From Nitrospirota bacterium (GTDB lineage Bacteria; Nitrospirota; UBA9217), in assembly GCA_963845065.1 (NCBI GenBank), contig CAWJQQ010000008.1, forward strand, positions 160,001 to 224,000: 64,000 bases of DNA, given 5' to 3'. Positions 1 to 9,423 of this stretch are shown piece by piece. The notes beneath the pieces are model-generated. The model was not told the DNA's origin, ran no database searches, and saw only the letters and a list, made by a program, of their open reading frames with translations. Made by a program: the position numbers and the translations under genes. Numbering within the stretch: position 1 is the first letter of the stretch; every line of letters begins with the position of its first letter.

Positions 1-758
1 GCCATTCGCGGGAGGTTAAGGGATGGTGCGATGCCGATACCTACGACGACCATATCCGAATCGAGTTCCCTGCCACTCTCTGTGCGGGTACGGAAACTGG
101 CGCCCTTTTTTTGGAATGAAGCGGGCTTTTCTCCAGCAAGAATCTTTATTCCGCGCGACCGGTATTGATCCATAAGCGCCCGACCGAGGGACTCAGGAAA
201 GATCCGGTTCACTAGGTAGGAATCGGGAAAGACCATAGTAACGTCGATTTTATTGATTTGGAGCGCCGCGGCAATTTCCGAACCGATAAAACCGCCGCCG
301 ATCACGATTGCGGATTTTCCTTCTGCTGCTTCCTCGCGCAGTCCCAGATAGTCGTCCAGACTGCGGTAATAACGGATGCCTTCGAGATTGCCGCCGGGAA
401 TCGGCAGTTGCCGTGGTGTTCCTCCGGTTGCAAAGAGGACCTTTTGAAAAGCGTATCGAGTTTTTTTGTTTGTCGTTACGGTTTTTTGACTTGCGTCTAG
501 TGCTGTAACCTCGGTGCTTAAGGCAACGGTTACCATGTTCTGATCGTAAAATTTTTGATCATGGAGAAAAATCTCCTCGACCTTTTTTTTCCCGAACCAG
601 AGTTTTTTTGAGAGCGGAGGTCGATCATAGGGCAGATGCCGTTCTGCAGAGATGAGCAGGATGGTGCCTTTTTTGTCCCGTTCCCGGATACCTTCAACAG
701 CCGATGCCCCAGCAAGTCCTCCGCCGATGATTATATATGCATATATCTGATCAGCCAT
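1..758 (-). CDS. FAD/NAD(P)-dependent oxidoreductase (ferredoxin-reductase-like), 3' end runs off the window
   Basis: Own translation from ATG at 758 (GGGAG SD): MADQIYAYIIIGGGLAGASA...PYDRPPLSK...ATGG...VIGGGFIGSE. Two Rossmann GxGxxG motifs; open to position 1, which explains its absence from the ORF track. Confidence 0.9.
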   Translation of the reverse strand, partial: MADQIYAYIIIGGGLAGASAVEGIRERDKKGTILLISAERHLPYDRPPLSKKLWFGKKKVEEIFLHDQKFYDQNMVTVALSTEVTALDASQKTVTTNKKTRYAFQKVLFATGGTPRQLPIPGGNLEGIRYYRSLDDYLGLREEAAEGKSAIVIGGGFIGSEIAAALQINKIDVTMVFPDSYLVNRIFPESLGRALMDQYRSRGIKILAGEKPASFQKKGASFRTRTESGRELDSDMVVVGIGIAPSLNLPRM

Positions 759-911
759 GATATGTCTCCCCACGAAGAATATAGCCTAAACACGGATTAT
801 TTTCCAAAGAAACGTCTGCTCGGTAGTCTAGTATTACTATACCATAGTTGCAGGAAGAGATATAGAAGACCGCCCGGGTAACCGGACCGGAAGTGGAACA
901 AACAATACATA

Positions 912-1643
912 TTAAAAAAGGTCGTAGATCCTTCGCATTTCCACAGTATAAACGCCTGGTGACTCATGGATGACGAGAGGCGCAAGGATTTCCAGCCCGG
1001 AACCTGCCGACTGAACCGCCTCAACGAGAACGAGCGATGCCGTTTTGTGCCGATAGGGATGGACAAGGCGCATTCGTTTTGGCTCAAGTCGGCGCGAGCG
1101 GAGACCTGCGATTATGTCCGGGAGCCTTTCTGCCGGAAATACGAGTATAAACCGTGCCTTGTTTTTAAGAAATATGTGAAGGTCTAGCCAGTTCTCGATG
1201 GATGCCAGATCATCATGGCGTGATAACTGCCTTGACTCATGAGGACTCAGTTTCCCAGTCCCCTGTTTCCTGTAGGGAGGGTTGACTACAATTGCATCGA
1301 ATGAGAGAGGCGTGAGGATGGACTTTAACTGCCTGATGTCTCGCTCGATCAGATGAATATGCTCCTCCAGCCTGTTTTGGGCTATGTTGTTCCTGCAAAG
1401 TTGAGCAAGAGCATCTTGGATTTCTATGACTGTGATAGTCACGTCCGGGAATTTTTTTGCAAGTAGAATGGCGACGATGCCAGTGCCTGTTCCCGGTTCC
1501 AGAATGGCATCGCGGGGTTTGATTCTGCAGAAATCCGCAAGTAGAATACTGTCCAGCGTGAAGCGCGCACCTTTTTTCGGTTGCGTGATATTCACGATGC
1601 CAGCGCCCCGGAGAGCGATGCTGTCGTGAGTGACAGCCTTCAT
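912..1643 (-). CDS. SAM-dependent methyltransferase, tRNA1(Val) A37 N6-methyltransferase family
   Basis: F-LDSILLADF motif, EPGTGTG SAM motif, NPPY catalytic motif. Confidence 0.85.
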   Translation of the reverse strand: MKAVTHDSIALRGAGIVNITQPKKGARFTLDSILLADFCRIKPRDAILEPGTGTGIVAILLAKKFPDVTITVIEIQDALAQLCRNNIAQNRLEEHIHLIERDIRQLKSILTPLSFDAIVVNPPYRKQGTGKLSPHESRQLSRHDDLASIENWLDLHIFLKNKARFILVFPAERLPDIIAGLRSRRLEPKRMRLVHPYRHKTASLVLVEAVQSAGSGLEILAPLVIHESPGVYTVEMRRIYDLF

Positions 1644-2032
1644 TTTACCTTTTCCACATAATCGGAAGACAGGCGCTTAGGCTTTGCATGAGCATCAACA
1701 TAGACGACCTTTGTCTGGCATTCCACAAAAACACGATGGGAGGTTTTATCCCGCATGATATGCTCAAAAATCATCGTAGCACGCGTTACATCCCTGACCC
1801 ATGTTTCAATCTCGACCGTATCTCCGTAGCGAGCAGGGGAGCGATAATCTACTTCTGCGCGCAGCACCATAAAGTGCGTGCCCTCGCCCATGAGTTTTTT
1901 GACCGAGTAACCCTTTGATGCTAGATATTCGGTCCTCGCCCTTTCCATGTAGCGTAAGTAGTTCGCGTAATAGACCACCCCGCCGCAATCGGTGTCTTCG
2001 TAATAGATGTGCACATCCATTGAGTGGTTCAA
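1640..2032 (-). CDS. ybgC: YbgC/FadM-family acyl-CoA thioesterase
   Basis: YYEDTDCGGVVYYANYL signature; stop overlaps the start of the next gene. Confidence 0.9.
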   Translation of the reverse strand: MNHSMDVHIYYEDTDCGGVVYYANYLRYMERARTEYLASKGYSVKKLMGEGTHFMVLRAEVDYRSPARYGDTVEIETWVRDVTRATMIFEHIMRDKTSHRVFVECQTKVVYVDAHAKPKRLSSDYVEKVK

Positions 2033-2352
2033 TCCGGTTCTCCTTTCAGGATTTTGTCATCCTCTAATGTTTCTGTCGCGGTATCGTGTTTTTTTATGTA
2101 AAAAGAAACCGGATTTTCAATTTAACATCGAGAATGAGCGGAATTCGAAAAGCAGTTTAAAATATTTTGAGAGTTTTGACGAGAGGAAGATGGTACGAGA
2201 TGGTTTTATTCCGGTTCGAGCGTACAAGTCAACAAACTGGCCATGCCCCGTGGTTAAAGACAAGAGGCTTTTTGAGGATAGTTTGATAAACTGGTTAACA
2301 GGATGTAGAATGGAACTATCAGTCCGTAAGAAAAGAAGAATTGCAGGGAAAC

Positions 2353-2675
2353 AAAAAAGGCGCTGCCTGCGAACCGGTATTGATATTCCGCTGGGCCACG
2401 TGTACTTTGGGAAGAACAACCTGCTTCTGCGGCTCTGCTTTGCAGACCCTATGAAGCTTCATGCGTATATGGCCTTTTTGGCCCTTTCCCTCGTATTCCC
2501 GTGGCTTAGGGGTTTTGGCTCTTCCCCTCGTATGGTCGCCTGTGAAGCAACCAGGGAATTGACCGCTCAACTTGCAGTTTTTCCACTGGCCTCGGATTCC
2601 ATCCCGCGTGGTGCCTGATCCCCTTTATAACGGGTTATCATCGGTACACCTATCGGTGCTGGTTCGGCAACGCCC
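2353..2675 (-). ncRNA. Candidate large structured ncRNA of unknown family
   Basis: Nested closing helices GGGCGUUGCC/GGCAGCGCCU, GAACC/GGUUC, GAUA/UAUC, GUGUAC/GUACAC, then a U6 tract; many internal hairpins; G-U pairs only on the minus strand; upstream promoter and boxA-like motif. Confidence 0.7.
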
Positions 2676-2691
2676 TCTTAACCATTCACTC

Positions 2692-2749
2692 TTTTCAAAG
2701 ACCAACTCATTTCTTCTTTATCATCTTCTCTTACAATAATAATATACCA
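2692..2749 (-). promoter_or_regulatory. Extended -10 promoter (TGGTATATT, 2749-2741) and boxA-like TGGTCTTTGAAAA (2704-2692)
   Basis: The 13-mer is identical to the rrn leader motif at 32049-32061. Confidence 0.6.
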
Positions 2750-2833
2750 CATTTTTAAACGGTAAGCGTGAATATTTTCTTAGAATTGTCTTGACCATCC
2801 GTGGAATTGTCTTTACAATTTCATCACTTACTC

Positions 2834-4363
2834 ATGCAAACTATCATTCCCTCAAAGGAAGAATTTTTACGCTATCTTTCGTCTGGCACGCTTGTTCCAG
2901 TTACCGCTGAAATCGAGATGCCGGCGCTTACTCCGCTTGCCGCGCTTGAAGCGTTGCGGTCCCTTGGTTACCCCGTGCTTCTTGAAAGCGCGAGAATAAA
3001 CGATAAGATCGGTAGATATTCTTTCGTTGCAGCGGACCCCTATTTAATTTTCAAATCGAGGGGCGAATCGGTAGAACTAATTCTGCCGAAGACTCCCGCC
3101 GGGAAATATGGCAAGCGGGCAACGATGAAGAGGAAGCCAATCGTGAAACTGCGGGAGCTTATGAACAATTACCGAACCGGGCGCCTTCCCGGTCTGCCGC
3201 CGTTTACTGGCGGAGCAGTCGGTTTCTTTTCATACGATTTTGTTCATCAATTCGAAAGGCTCCCGCGTAAAGCAGTGGTCGACCTTGACATCCCGGAAGC
3301 GTATTTCGTATTCGTCGACTTTGTCGTTGCTTTCGATCATCTTATGGGGAAAAAATGGGTGATAGTGAATCCCGGCGCACGTGGACAGGAACTGGGATTT
3401 CGCAGGCCCGGGCCGGAACAATGGGATGGCTTTTACGATAAGGCCGTAGAAAGGCTTACTGTCCTTGCCAGTGCCTTGCTCACATCGGCGACGTCCGGAG
3501 ACGCGGCGGCATTCGACAGAAAAAAGACGTTACAGCCTGTTCCGGTATCGTCTAACCTGACGCAAGACGAGTTCGAGGCCATGGTCAGTCGAAGCAAAGA
3601 GTACATCGCCGCTGGAGACATCTACCAGGCAAACCTCTCCCAACGGCTTTCCTTGAGAATTGGCGAAGCGGATACGCTTCGCCTGTACAAGATCCTACGT
3701 AAGATCAACCCTTCCCCCTTTGCCGCCTATCTGGATTTTGGCGATCTGCAGTTGGTGAGCTCTTCGCCCGAACGTCTTGTCCGACTTCATGAGGGAACTG
3801 TCGATACTCGGCCGATTGCGGGCACCCGAAGGCGAGGGAGCAACCACGCAGAAACTCGGGAACTCTCTTCAGAACTTTTAACCAATGAGAAGGAACGGGC
3901 CGAGCACATAATGCTACTCGACCTCGAGCGCAATGATCTCGGCAAAGTGTGCGACTATGGTACCGTAACTGTCGACGAAATGATGGTCGTTGAAGACTAT
4001 TCCCATGTTATCCATATCGTCTCCAATGTGCATGGTACGCTCTCGGCGGGAACGGACGCCTTTGATCTCGTCCGCGCCGTTTTCCCGGGGGGGACAATCA
4101 CGGGCGTACCCAAGGTTCGGTGCATGGAGATCATCGATGAGCTGGAACCGATTACGAGAGGGCCTTATACAGGGTCCATCGGCTATATCTCGAACAACGG
4201 AGACATGGACCTCAACATCATTATTAGGACTTTTGTCGTTAAAGAAGGGAAGGCGTACATTCAGGTAGGGGCAGGTATTGTGGCCGACTCCGATCCCACA
4301 CGGGAATTTTTTGAAACGCTCCAGAAGGCAGAAGCACTCAAGAAAGCGGTTGAGATGCTGTAA
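2834..4363 (+). CDS. Anthranilate synthase component I / aminodeoxychorismate synthase component I family
   Basis: LLES, GDIYQANLSQ, SSPE, TRPIAGT, KERAEHIMLLDLERNDL, FPGGTITGVPK motifs; ATG at 2834. Confidence 0.9.
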   Translation: MQTIIPSKEEFLRYLSSGTLVPVTAEIEMPALTPLAALEALRSLGYPVLLESARINDKIGRYSFVAADPYLIFKSRGESVELILPKTPAGKYGKRATMKRKPIVKLRELMNNYRTGRLPGLPPFTGGAVGFFSYDFVHQFERLPRKAVVDLDIPEAYFVFVDFVVAFDHLMGKKWVIVNPGARGQELGFRRPGPEQWDGFYDKAVERLTVLASALLTSATSGDAAAFDRKKTLQPVPVSSNLTQDEFEAMVSRSKEYIAAGDIYQANLSQRLSLRIGEADTLRLYKILRKINPSPFAAYLDFGDLQLVSSSPERLVRLHEGTVDTRPIAGTRRRGSNHAETRELSSELLTNEKERAEHIMLLDLERNDLGKVCDYGTVTVDEMMVVEDYSHVIHIVSNVHGTLSAGTDAFDLVRAVFPGGTITGVPKVRCMEIIDELEPITRGPYTGSIGYISNNGDMDLNIIIRTFVVKEGKAYIQVGAGIVADSDPTREFFETLQKAEALKKAVEML

Positions 4364-4441
4364 AATCAGCTTTTTCCCTGTTGCAACTTTAGTGCACTTG
4401 CGTTATAGTAATCAATTAAAACGATGGGGATAGGAGATGCC

Positions 4442-6340
4442 ATGTTCCTGGTGGAACTCGTAATGCAGGGAGTGCGTGGAATTCGGGAACTTGCCCGCTT
4501 AAGGTTTCAAAACGGGTTTAACTTTATTGCCGCAGGCAACGAAACGGGGAAGACCACTGCCGTTGACGCCATGCAGCGCCTCCTTTTCCCGAACAGCCAG
4601 CCTTTAGCGATGGAAGGGCTCGTTTCGCGCCAAACACCTGAATCCTCACGCTGCGCCCTCGTGCTGTTTTTTGATGATGGGGCGTATTACCGGGTGATCC
4701 AAGATTTTTCAAAATGCGCGGTAAATCTATCTAAGTACAATACCACATCAAAGGAATTCATTCTCCTGCACAAAGATTGGGAAAAGACCGTGCAGGTACT
4801 GAGTGGTCTGACGACCGGGATTTCCGAAGGAGAATATGCAGCAATATTTATACTTCGGCGTGAAGACATGATTAACCATGTCGAGTATTCCTCTGCCCCA
4901 GCCGTAACCACACGTTTAGTGGGACCCGCGCGGATCGCCGCGCCAAGCGGTAAAAAATCAGCAGCCAACGACGCAAAACTCGCCGAACTGCGCGAGACGC
5001 TTCGCAAAGCAGAAGAAGCGGCTGATGCTGACTATCGCCACCAAGCAGCAAAACTTGCCGCAGGAGAATATAAAAAGAAATTATCGTCCCTCGACGAGAT
5101 CGAACAAAAGAAAGCCGAGATTGACGCATCCCTCGCCGAGCTTAAAGGGTGTGCAGGCTTACCGGAGAACATTGCAGAGCTGATCGACGAGCAGGAACGG
5201 CGACAGAGTCAGAAGCTTGTTGATACCGATGAGCTGGACAAGGCGCTTTACGCACTGAATCTGCAGCTTGATTCTATACCAAAGGTCAATTTTTTTACTG
5301 ACAAGCTGTTTATCGCAGGCATCATCATCGGCGCCCTCTCTATGGTATTGGGAATGTTTGTGTTGACAGTTGAATACCGGCATTATTTTTACATTGGCCT
5401 CATCGCTGCGATGGTTCTGATCGCCATAGCTTGGTACAATGGCTCCCGGAAGAATGTACAACGCAATATCATCAAACAAGAAATAGATGCATTGGAGAAA
5501 GATCTCGCCGAACTAGAAAAGAAATTCATACAGGAGAGCTCTGCTATCAATGCTTACCTTAGCATCGCAAGAGCAGGTAATGCGGCAGATCTTAAAGACC
5601 GTGCCGAGAATTTCCGCTACTTCGGCGCGCTGCGGGCGGACCTTGAAGAGCAGCGATTGCGAGTTCTCGGGGACCTGACGCCGGAAATCCTTCATCAGCA
5701 GTATGACCGTCAACAGGAAGAAATTATGGAACTGGAAAAGGCAGCGCGGGCACTTGCCCCGTATAATATCGACACTTACAGTATCAGACAAGACATCGAG
5801 CGATTGGAAGGAGAGGCTTCATCCACTGATGCTTCCTGGAATTTTGGCACCATGGGGCACGATTTGCCGGAAGATTTCGGAGGGCCAGCTTTAGAGCAGC
5901 AGAGCGGTTTTATTGCCAAGTTGGCCATTGCCAGCAAGATGGGCAACATCGAGATGGAAACACTCATCCCTGGCGTTGAGGCTGCCGCGCAAAGGAACCT
6001 TGCTGCGATCACTGGCGGCAAGTATGTTAGAATCGAGGTGGGACAAGACGGCGAGTCCATTGTCCACGCTAATGACGATACGCGTTTGACCTACCGAGAG
6101 TTGAGTCATGGGACAAAGGCGCTAGTCACCTTCTGCCTCAGAACCGGCCTGGTTGAGGCGATCGTAGGTAAACGGCGGCTGCCGTTCATTCTTGACGATG
6201 CACTAGCAGGTTTTGATTACGTCCGGCAGCAGTCTGCCTGTCAGGTTCTCCGAACCCTCGGAACGAAAACCCAAGTAATCCTCTTCACGTCGAATCCCGC
6301 GCTCAAAGCGGCCGGCGATGCAGTTGCGGAGCTTAAATAA
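4442..6340 (+). CDS. SMC/Rad50-like (YhaN-type) ATPase with coiled coils and a central transmembrane hairpin
   Basis: Walker A GNETGKT, coiled coil, two hydrophobic helices, LSHG signature, FILDD Walker B; AGGAG SD before ATG 4442. Confidence 0.75.
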   Translation: MFLVELVMQGVRGIRELARLRFQNGFNFIAAGNETGKTTAVDAMQRLLFPNSQPLAMEGLVSRQTPESSRCALVLFFDDGAYYRVIQDFSKCAVNLSKYNTTSKEFILLHKDWEKTVQVLSGLTTGISEGEYAAIFILRREDMINHVEYSSAPAVTTRLVGPARIAAPSGKKSAANDAKLAELRETLRKAEEAADADYRHQAAKLAAGEYKKKLSSLDEIEQKKAEIDASLAELKGCAGLPENIAELIDEQERRQSQKLVDTDELDKALYALNLQLDSIPKVNFFTDKLFIAGIIIGALSMVLGMFVLTVEYRHYFYIGLIAAMVLIAIAWYNGSRKNVQRNIIKQEIDALEKDLAELEKKFIQESSAINAYLSIARAGNAADLKDRAENFRYFGALRADLEEQRLRVLGDLTPEILHQQYDRQQEEIMELEKAARALAPYNIDTYSIRQDIERLEGEASSTDASWNFGTMGHDLPEDFGGPALEQQSGFIAKLAIASKMGNIEMETLIPGVEAAAQRNLAAITGGKYVRIEVGQDGESIVHANDDTRLTYRELSHGTKALVTFCLRTGLVEAIVGKRRLPFILDDALAGFDYVRQQSACQVLRTLGTKTQVILFTSNPALKAAGDAVAELK

Positions 6341-6988
6341 ATGAAGGGGAAGTTCATCACCCTCGAAGGTATCGAGGGTTCTGGCAAATCCACGCAGATC
6401 GTCCTGCTTGCGAATTATCTGAAGTCCCTCGGTGTACGAATGGTCCTTACGCGGGAGCCGGGTGGAACGCTGATCGGCGACCAGGTAAGGAAGATCCTGC
6501 TCGATCCCGCAAATACAGAACTCGATCCGAAGGCAGAACTCCTTCTCTATGCCGCCAGCCGGGCACAGCACCTGAAAGAGGTCATATTGCCGGGTCTTGA
6601 GATCCCGGGAGTGGTGCTCTGCGACCGGTTTGCTGATGCTACGCTAGCCTACCAGGGATATGGGAGAAAGCTGGATATTGATCTGATCCGTACGCTCGAC
6701 CGGATCGTGTGTGCGGGACTCAAGCCCGATGTCACCATTCTACTCGACATCGATGCCGCGGCCGGTGTCGCACGTGCGCGGGGAAGGAATAATATCCGCG
6801 GTCTTGAGACAGAAGCCCGGTTTGAGAATGAGGCGATTGTCTTTCACGAACGCGTCAGGCAAGGGTACCTCGCTTTGGCGAGGCAGGAGCCGGAGCGAAT
6901 CAGGATCGTTGAAGCATCGCAGTCGATGGAAGATATCCAAATGAAGATACGGAAGATTGTGGGCGATATCAGCGTGATATCGAATTGA
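6341..6988 (+). CDS. tmk: Thymidylate kinase
   Basis: FITLEGIEGSGKST, TREPGG, CDRF, AYQG motifs. Confidence 0.96.
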   Translation: MKGKFITLEGIEGSGKSTQIVLLANYLKSLGVRMVLTREPGGTLIGDQVRKILLDPANTELDPKAELLLYAASRAQHLKEVILPGLEIPGVVLCDRFADATLAYQGYGRKLDIDLIRTLDRIVCAGLKPDVTILLDIDAAAGVARARGRNNIRGLETEARFENEAIVFHERVRQGYLALARQEPERIRIVEASQSMEDIQMKIRKIVGDISVISN

Positions 6989-7014
6989 AATAATGTTCAC
7001 GGGAGTCGAGCGAC

Positions 7015-7995
7015 ATGTCGTTTGCTGCCATAGAGGGCCACGGAAAACCCGTTAATATATTGAAACGGGCACTGGCGAACAGGACCCTTTCGCATGCCTA
7101 TCTTTTTTCCGGCGAAGCAGGGATCGGGAAGAAAATGACAGCAATCGCGCTCGCAGCTGCGGTGAACTGCCAAAACGTCGGCGAGGCGGGGGGCTGCGAT
7201 GTATGCCCTTCGTGCCGCAAGGTAGCAACCGGTGGACATCCTGACATTCACCTTCTCATCCCTGACGGTGAAGAGATTAAAATCGACCAGGTGAGGCAGG
7301 TGCAGTCGGACCTCGCGCTTAAACCCTTTGAGGGTACAAAAAAGATCTTGATCATTGATGGCGTTGATCGTATGAATGCGGCATCCTCCAATGCTTTTCT
7401 GAAAACCCTGGAGGAACCGCCGGGAGAAACGCTAATTGTTTTGATTACCTCCTTGCCGCAGAGTCTGCTCCCAACGATACGTTCACGGTGCCAGGAGGTA
7501 AGGTTTCAACCGCTTTCGCGGCAGACGCTTGCAAAGTCGCTAATGCGAAAACGGGGGCTCTCGGATGCAGATGCTTGGTTTGTTGCGGCGCTCGCACAGG
7601 GAAGCATGGGGCGGGGTCTTGACATGGACGCAGAGAAGGAAAAGACGGAACGGAGCCAAGTGATGGATCTTTGGTTCGGGCTACCGCAGATGGGGCCTGG
7701 CGAAGCGCTGGTTCTGGCTGAGACATTTGCGAAGGATCGCGAGCGCTTCAATCGACTGCTGATGATCGGCATCGAGTGTCTGCGTGATGCCATGGTCTAT
7801 CAAGAGACGAAAGACGAGCGGCTGCTTGTGTTTGTACAGGCACGAGAGCAGTACCGGAAATGGGGAGAACGGGTGCCTCTTACACAGATGTTTATGGACC
7901 TTGAGTTGTTTGCAGCCAGCCAGAGCTTGCTCGAACGCCGCGTAAGCGCGCAATTGGTGGCGGAGAACCTATTTTTAAAGCTGGGAAGAGGATGA
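7015..7995 (+). CDS. holB: DNA polymerase III delta' subunit
   Basis: HAYLFSG..GIGK, zinc Cys cluster, HPD, NAFLKTLEEP, TIRSRC; follows tmk. Confidence 0.95.
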   Translation: MSFAAIEGHGKPVNILKRALANRTLSHAYLFSGEAGIGKKMTAIALAAAVNCQNVGEAGGCDVCPSCRKVATGGHPDIHLLIPDGEEIKIDQVRQVQSDLALKPFEGTKKILIIDGVDRMNAASSNAFLKTLEEPPGETLIVLITSLPQSLLPTIRSRCQEVRFQPLSRQTLAKSLMRKRGLSDADAWFVAALAQGSMGRGLDMDAEKEKTERSQVMDLWFGLPQMGPGEALVLAETFAKDRERFNRLLMIGIECLRDAMVYQETKDERLLVFVQAREQYRKWGERVPLTQMFMDLELFAASQSLLERRVSAQLVAENLFLKLGRG

Positions 7996-8100
7996 AGCAA
8001 ATCAGGATTCCGAAACTCAGTGTTTCACGGTGTGTTTTTTGCGTCCAGGGGGCAGTCCTGAGTAGTCATCAAAACAGAGAATAAAAAAACTTGTACCACC

Positions 8101-9297
8101 ATGGCAGATACGATGATAAAAATAGCAGGCGTGCGTTTTCGCGATAACTGGAAAGTCTATGATTTTGACGCAACCGATCTGGAGGTCGCCATCGGCGACA
8201 AGGTTATTGTCGATTCCGAGCGTGGGCAGGGGCTTGCTATCGTTGTACGCCTCAAAAAACAAAGTGCCCCACCTATCCCGGAATCTGTTCAGGAGGAGCA
8301 TGGGCTTCAGATTGAAGAAGAGTCGGCTAGTGAAACGGCGCCAGATGCTTCTGCTAATGGAAACAAGCAGGCGTCGAAGATACTAAAAAAAATACTGCGC
8401 AAGGCAACAGAGGAGGATCTCGCACGTGATGAAAAGAACAAAGGGCACGAGGCAGAGGCTTTTAAGATTGCACAGGACATGATCGCTGAACGGGAACTGC
8501 CGATGAAACTGATCCGCGTGGAATACTCCTTTGATGTCTCGCGTGCCACGTTTTATTTTTTCTCCGAGTCGCGGATTGACTTTCGCGAACTGGTCAAAGA
8601 TCTTGCTTATAAGCTCCACAGCAGAATCGAGATGCGCCAGATCGGCGTTAGGGACGTGGCGCGTCTCATCGGCGGGTTTGGGCCCTGCGGCAGGGAACTC
8701 TGCTGCGCGTCGTTTCTGAAAAATTTCGAGCCTGTATCGATACGGATGGCCAAGAAACAGGAGATGGTGCTAAACCCGGCGAAGATCTCCGGAGTCTGTG
8801 GCCGCTTGCTCTGCTGCCTGTCCTATGAATATGAAATGTACGACGAGATTAAAAAAGATGTTGCAGGCATGAGGGAGGCTATAGTCAAGGAAAAGAAAGA
8901 GGAAGAAGAACGCCGAATTTCAGAGGAGAGGAGAGAGGCTGAGGAGCGTCGATTTGCTGAAGAAAAGAGACGCCAGGAAGATCGTAAACAGCAGGATTAC
9001 CGGAAAGATAAACAAAAAGAAATTGGACAGAAGGCCGACGGTAGGCCTGAGAAAAGACGAGAGATGCAGCAGGACAGGAAACAGCAGCAGCCGTTGGTCG
9101 GCCCTCCCCGGGAGCGCCAGCAACAACAAAAGCCAAAGCTGGAGAAACCTCAACCGCAGGAACAGAAAGCTGCACAGCCACAGCAGGAAGTTGAAAAGTC
9201 CGGTAAAAAGAAAAGGCGCCGGTTCTGGCGAAAAAAGAAAAAGGGCCCGGGCCAGCAAAGCGACAACAAGCCATCGCAGGAACCGGAAAAAAGCTAA
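8101..9297 (+). CDS. ricT: PSP1-domain protein (RicT/YaaT) with a long low-complexity C-terminal tail
   Basis: RIDFRELVKDLA, RIEMRQIGVRD, CGRELCC, CGRLLCCL; tmk-holB-ricT-metG synteny. Confidence 0.9.
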   Translation: MADTMIKIAGVRFRDNWKVYDFDATDLEVAIGDKVIVDSERGQGLAIVVRLKKQSAPPIPESVQEEHGLQIEEESASETAPDASANGNKQASKILKKILRKATEEDLARDEKNKGHEAEAFKIAQDMIAERELPMKLIRVEYSFDVSRATFYFFSESRIDFRELVKDLAYKLHSRIEMRQIGVRDVARLIGGFGPCGRELCCASFLKNFEPVSIRMAKKQEMVLNPAKISGVCGRLLCCLSYEYEMYDEIKKDVAGMREAIVKEKKEEEERRISEERREAEERRFAEEKRRQEDRKQQDYRKDKQKEIGQKADGRPEKRREMQQDRKQQQPLVGPPRERQQQQKPKLEKPQPQEQKAAQPQQEVEKSGKKKRRRFWRKKKKGPGQQSDNKPSQEPEKS

Positions 9298-9423
9298 GTG
9301 GCATTACGAAAGTCGAAAAGCGCTATATGGGAGAAACTTTTTGAACAGGTAGATTTTGGGATTGGAGATTGTTGTGAATTTAGGATGTGCTGATTGATGC
9401 TTTCCGCATCAACTCCGGGGACA

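Noticed and set aside
580..612. Suspected frameshift in homopolymer runs of the first oxidoreductase gene
   Set aside because: Counting the runs (A7, A8) keeps the frame (LSKKLWFGKKKV). The gene is missing from the track only because it has no stop inside the window.
2007..2618. 203-aa plus-strand ORF and overlapping 100-aa and 83-aa minus-strand ORFs
   Set aside because: No recognisable motifs or SD; the region is better explained by the structured RNA
2353..2675. Cobalamin riboswitch, RNase P, tmRNA, SRP or CsrB identity for the structured RNA
   Set aside because: Only loose resemblance (AAGCCAC..GGGAA). It has no B12 box, no GAGGAAAGUCC, no tRNA-like ends and no SRP GGAAGGAAGCAG loop, and GGA motifs are not clearly enriched.
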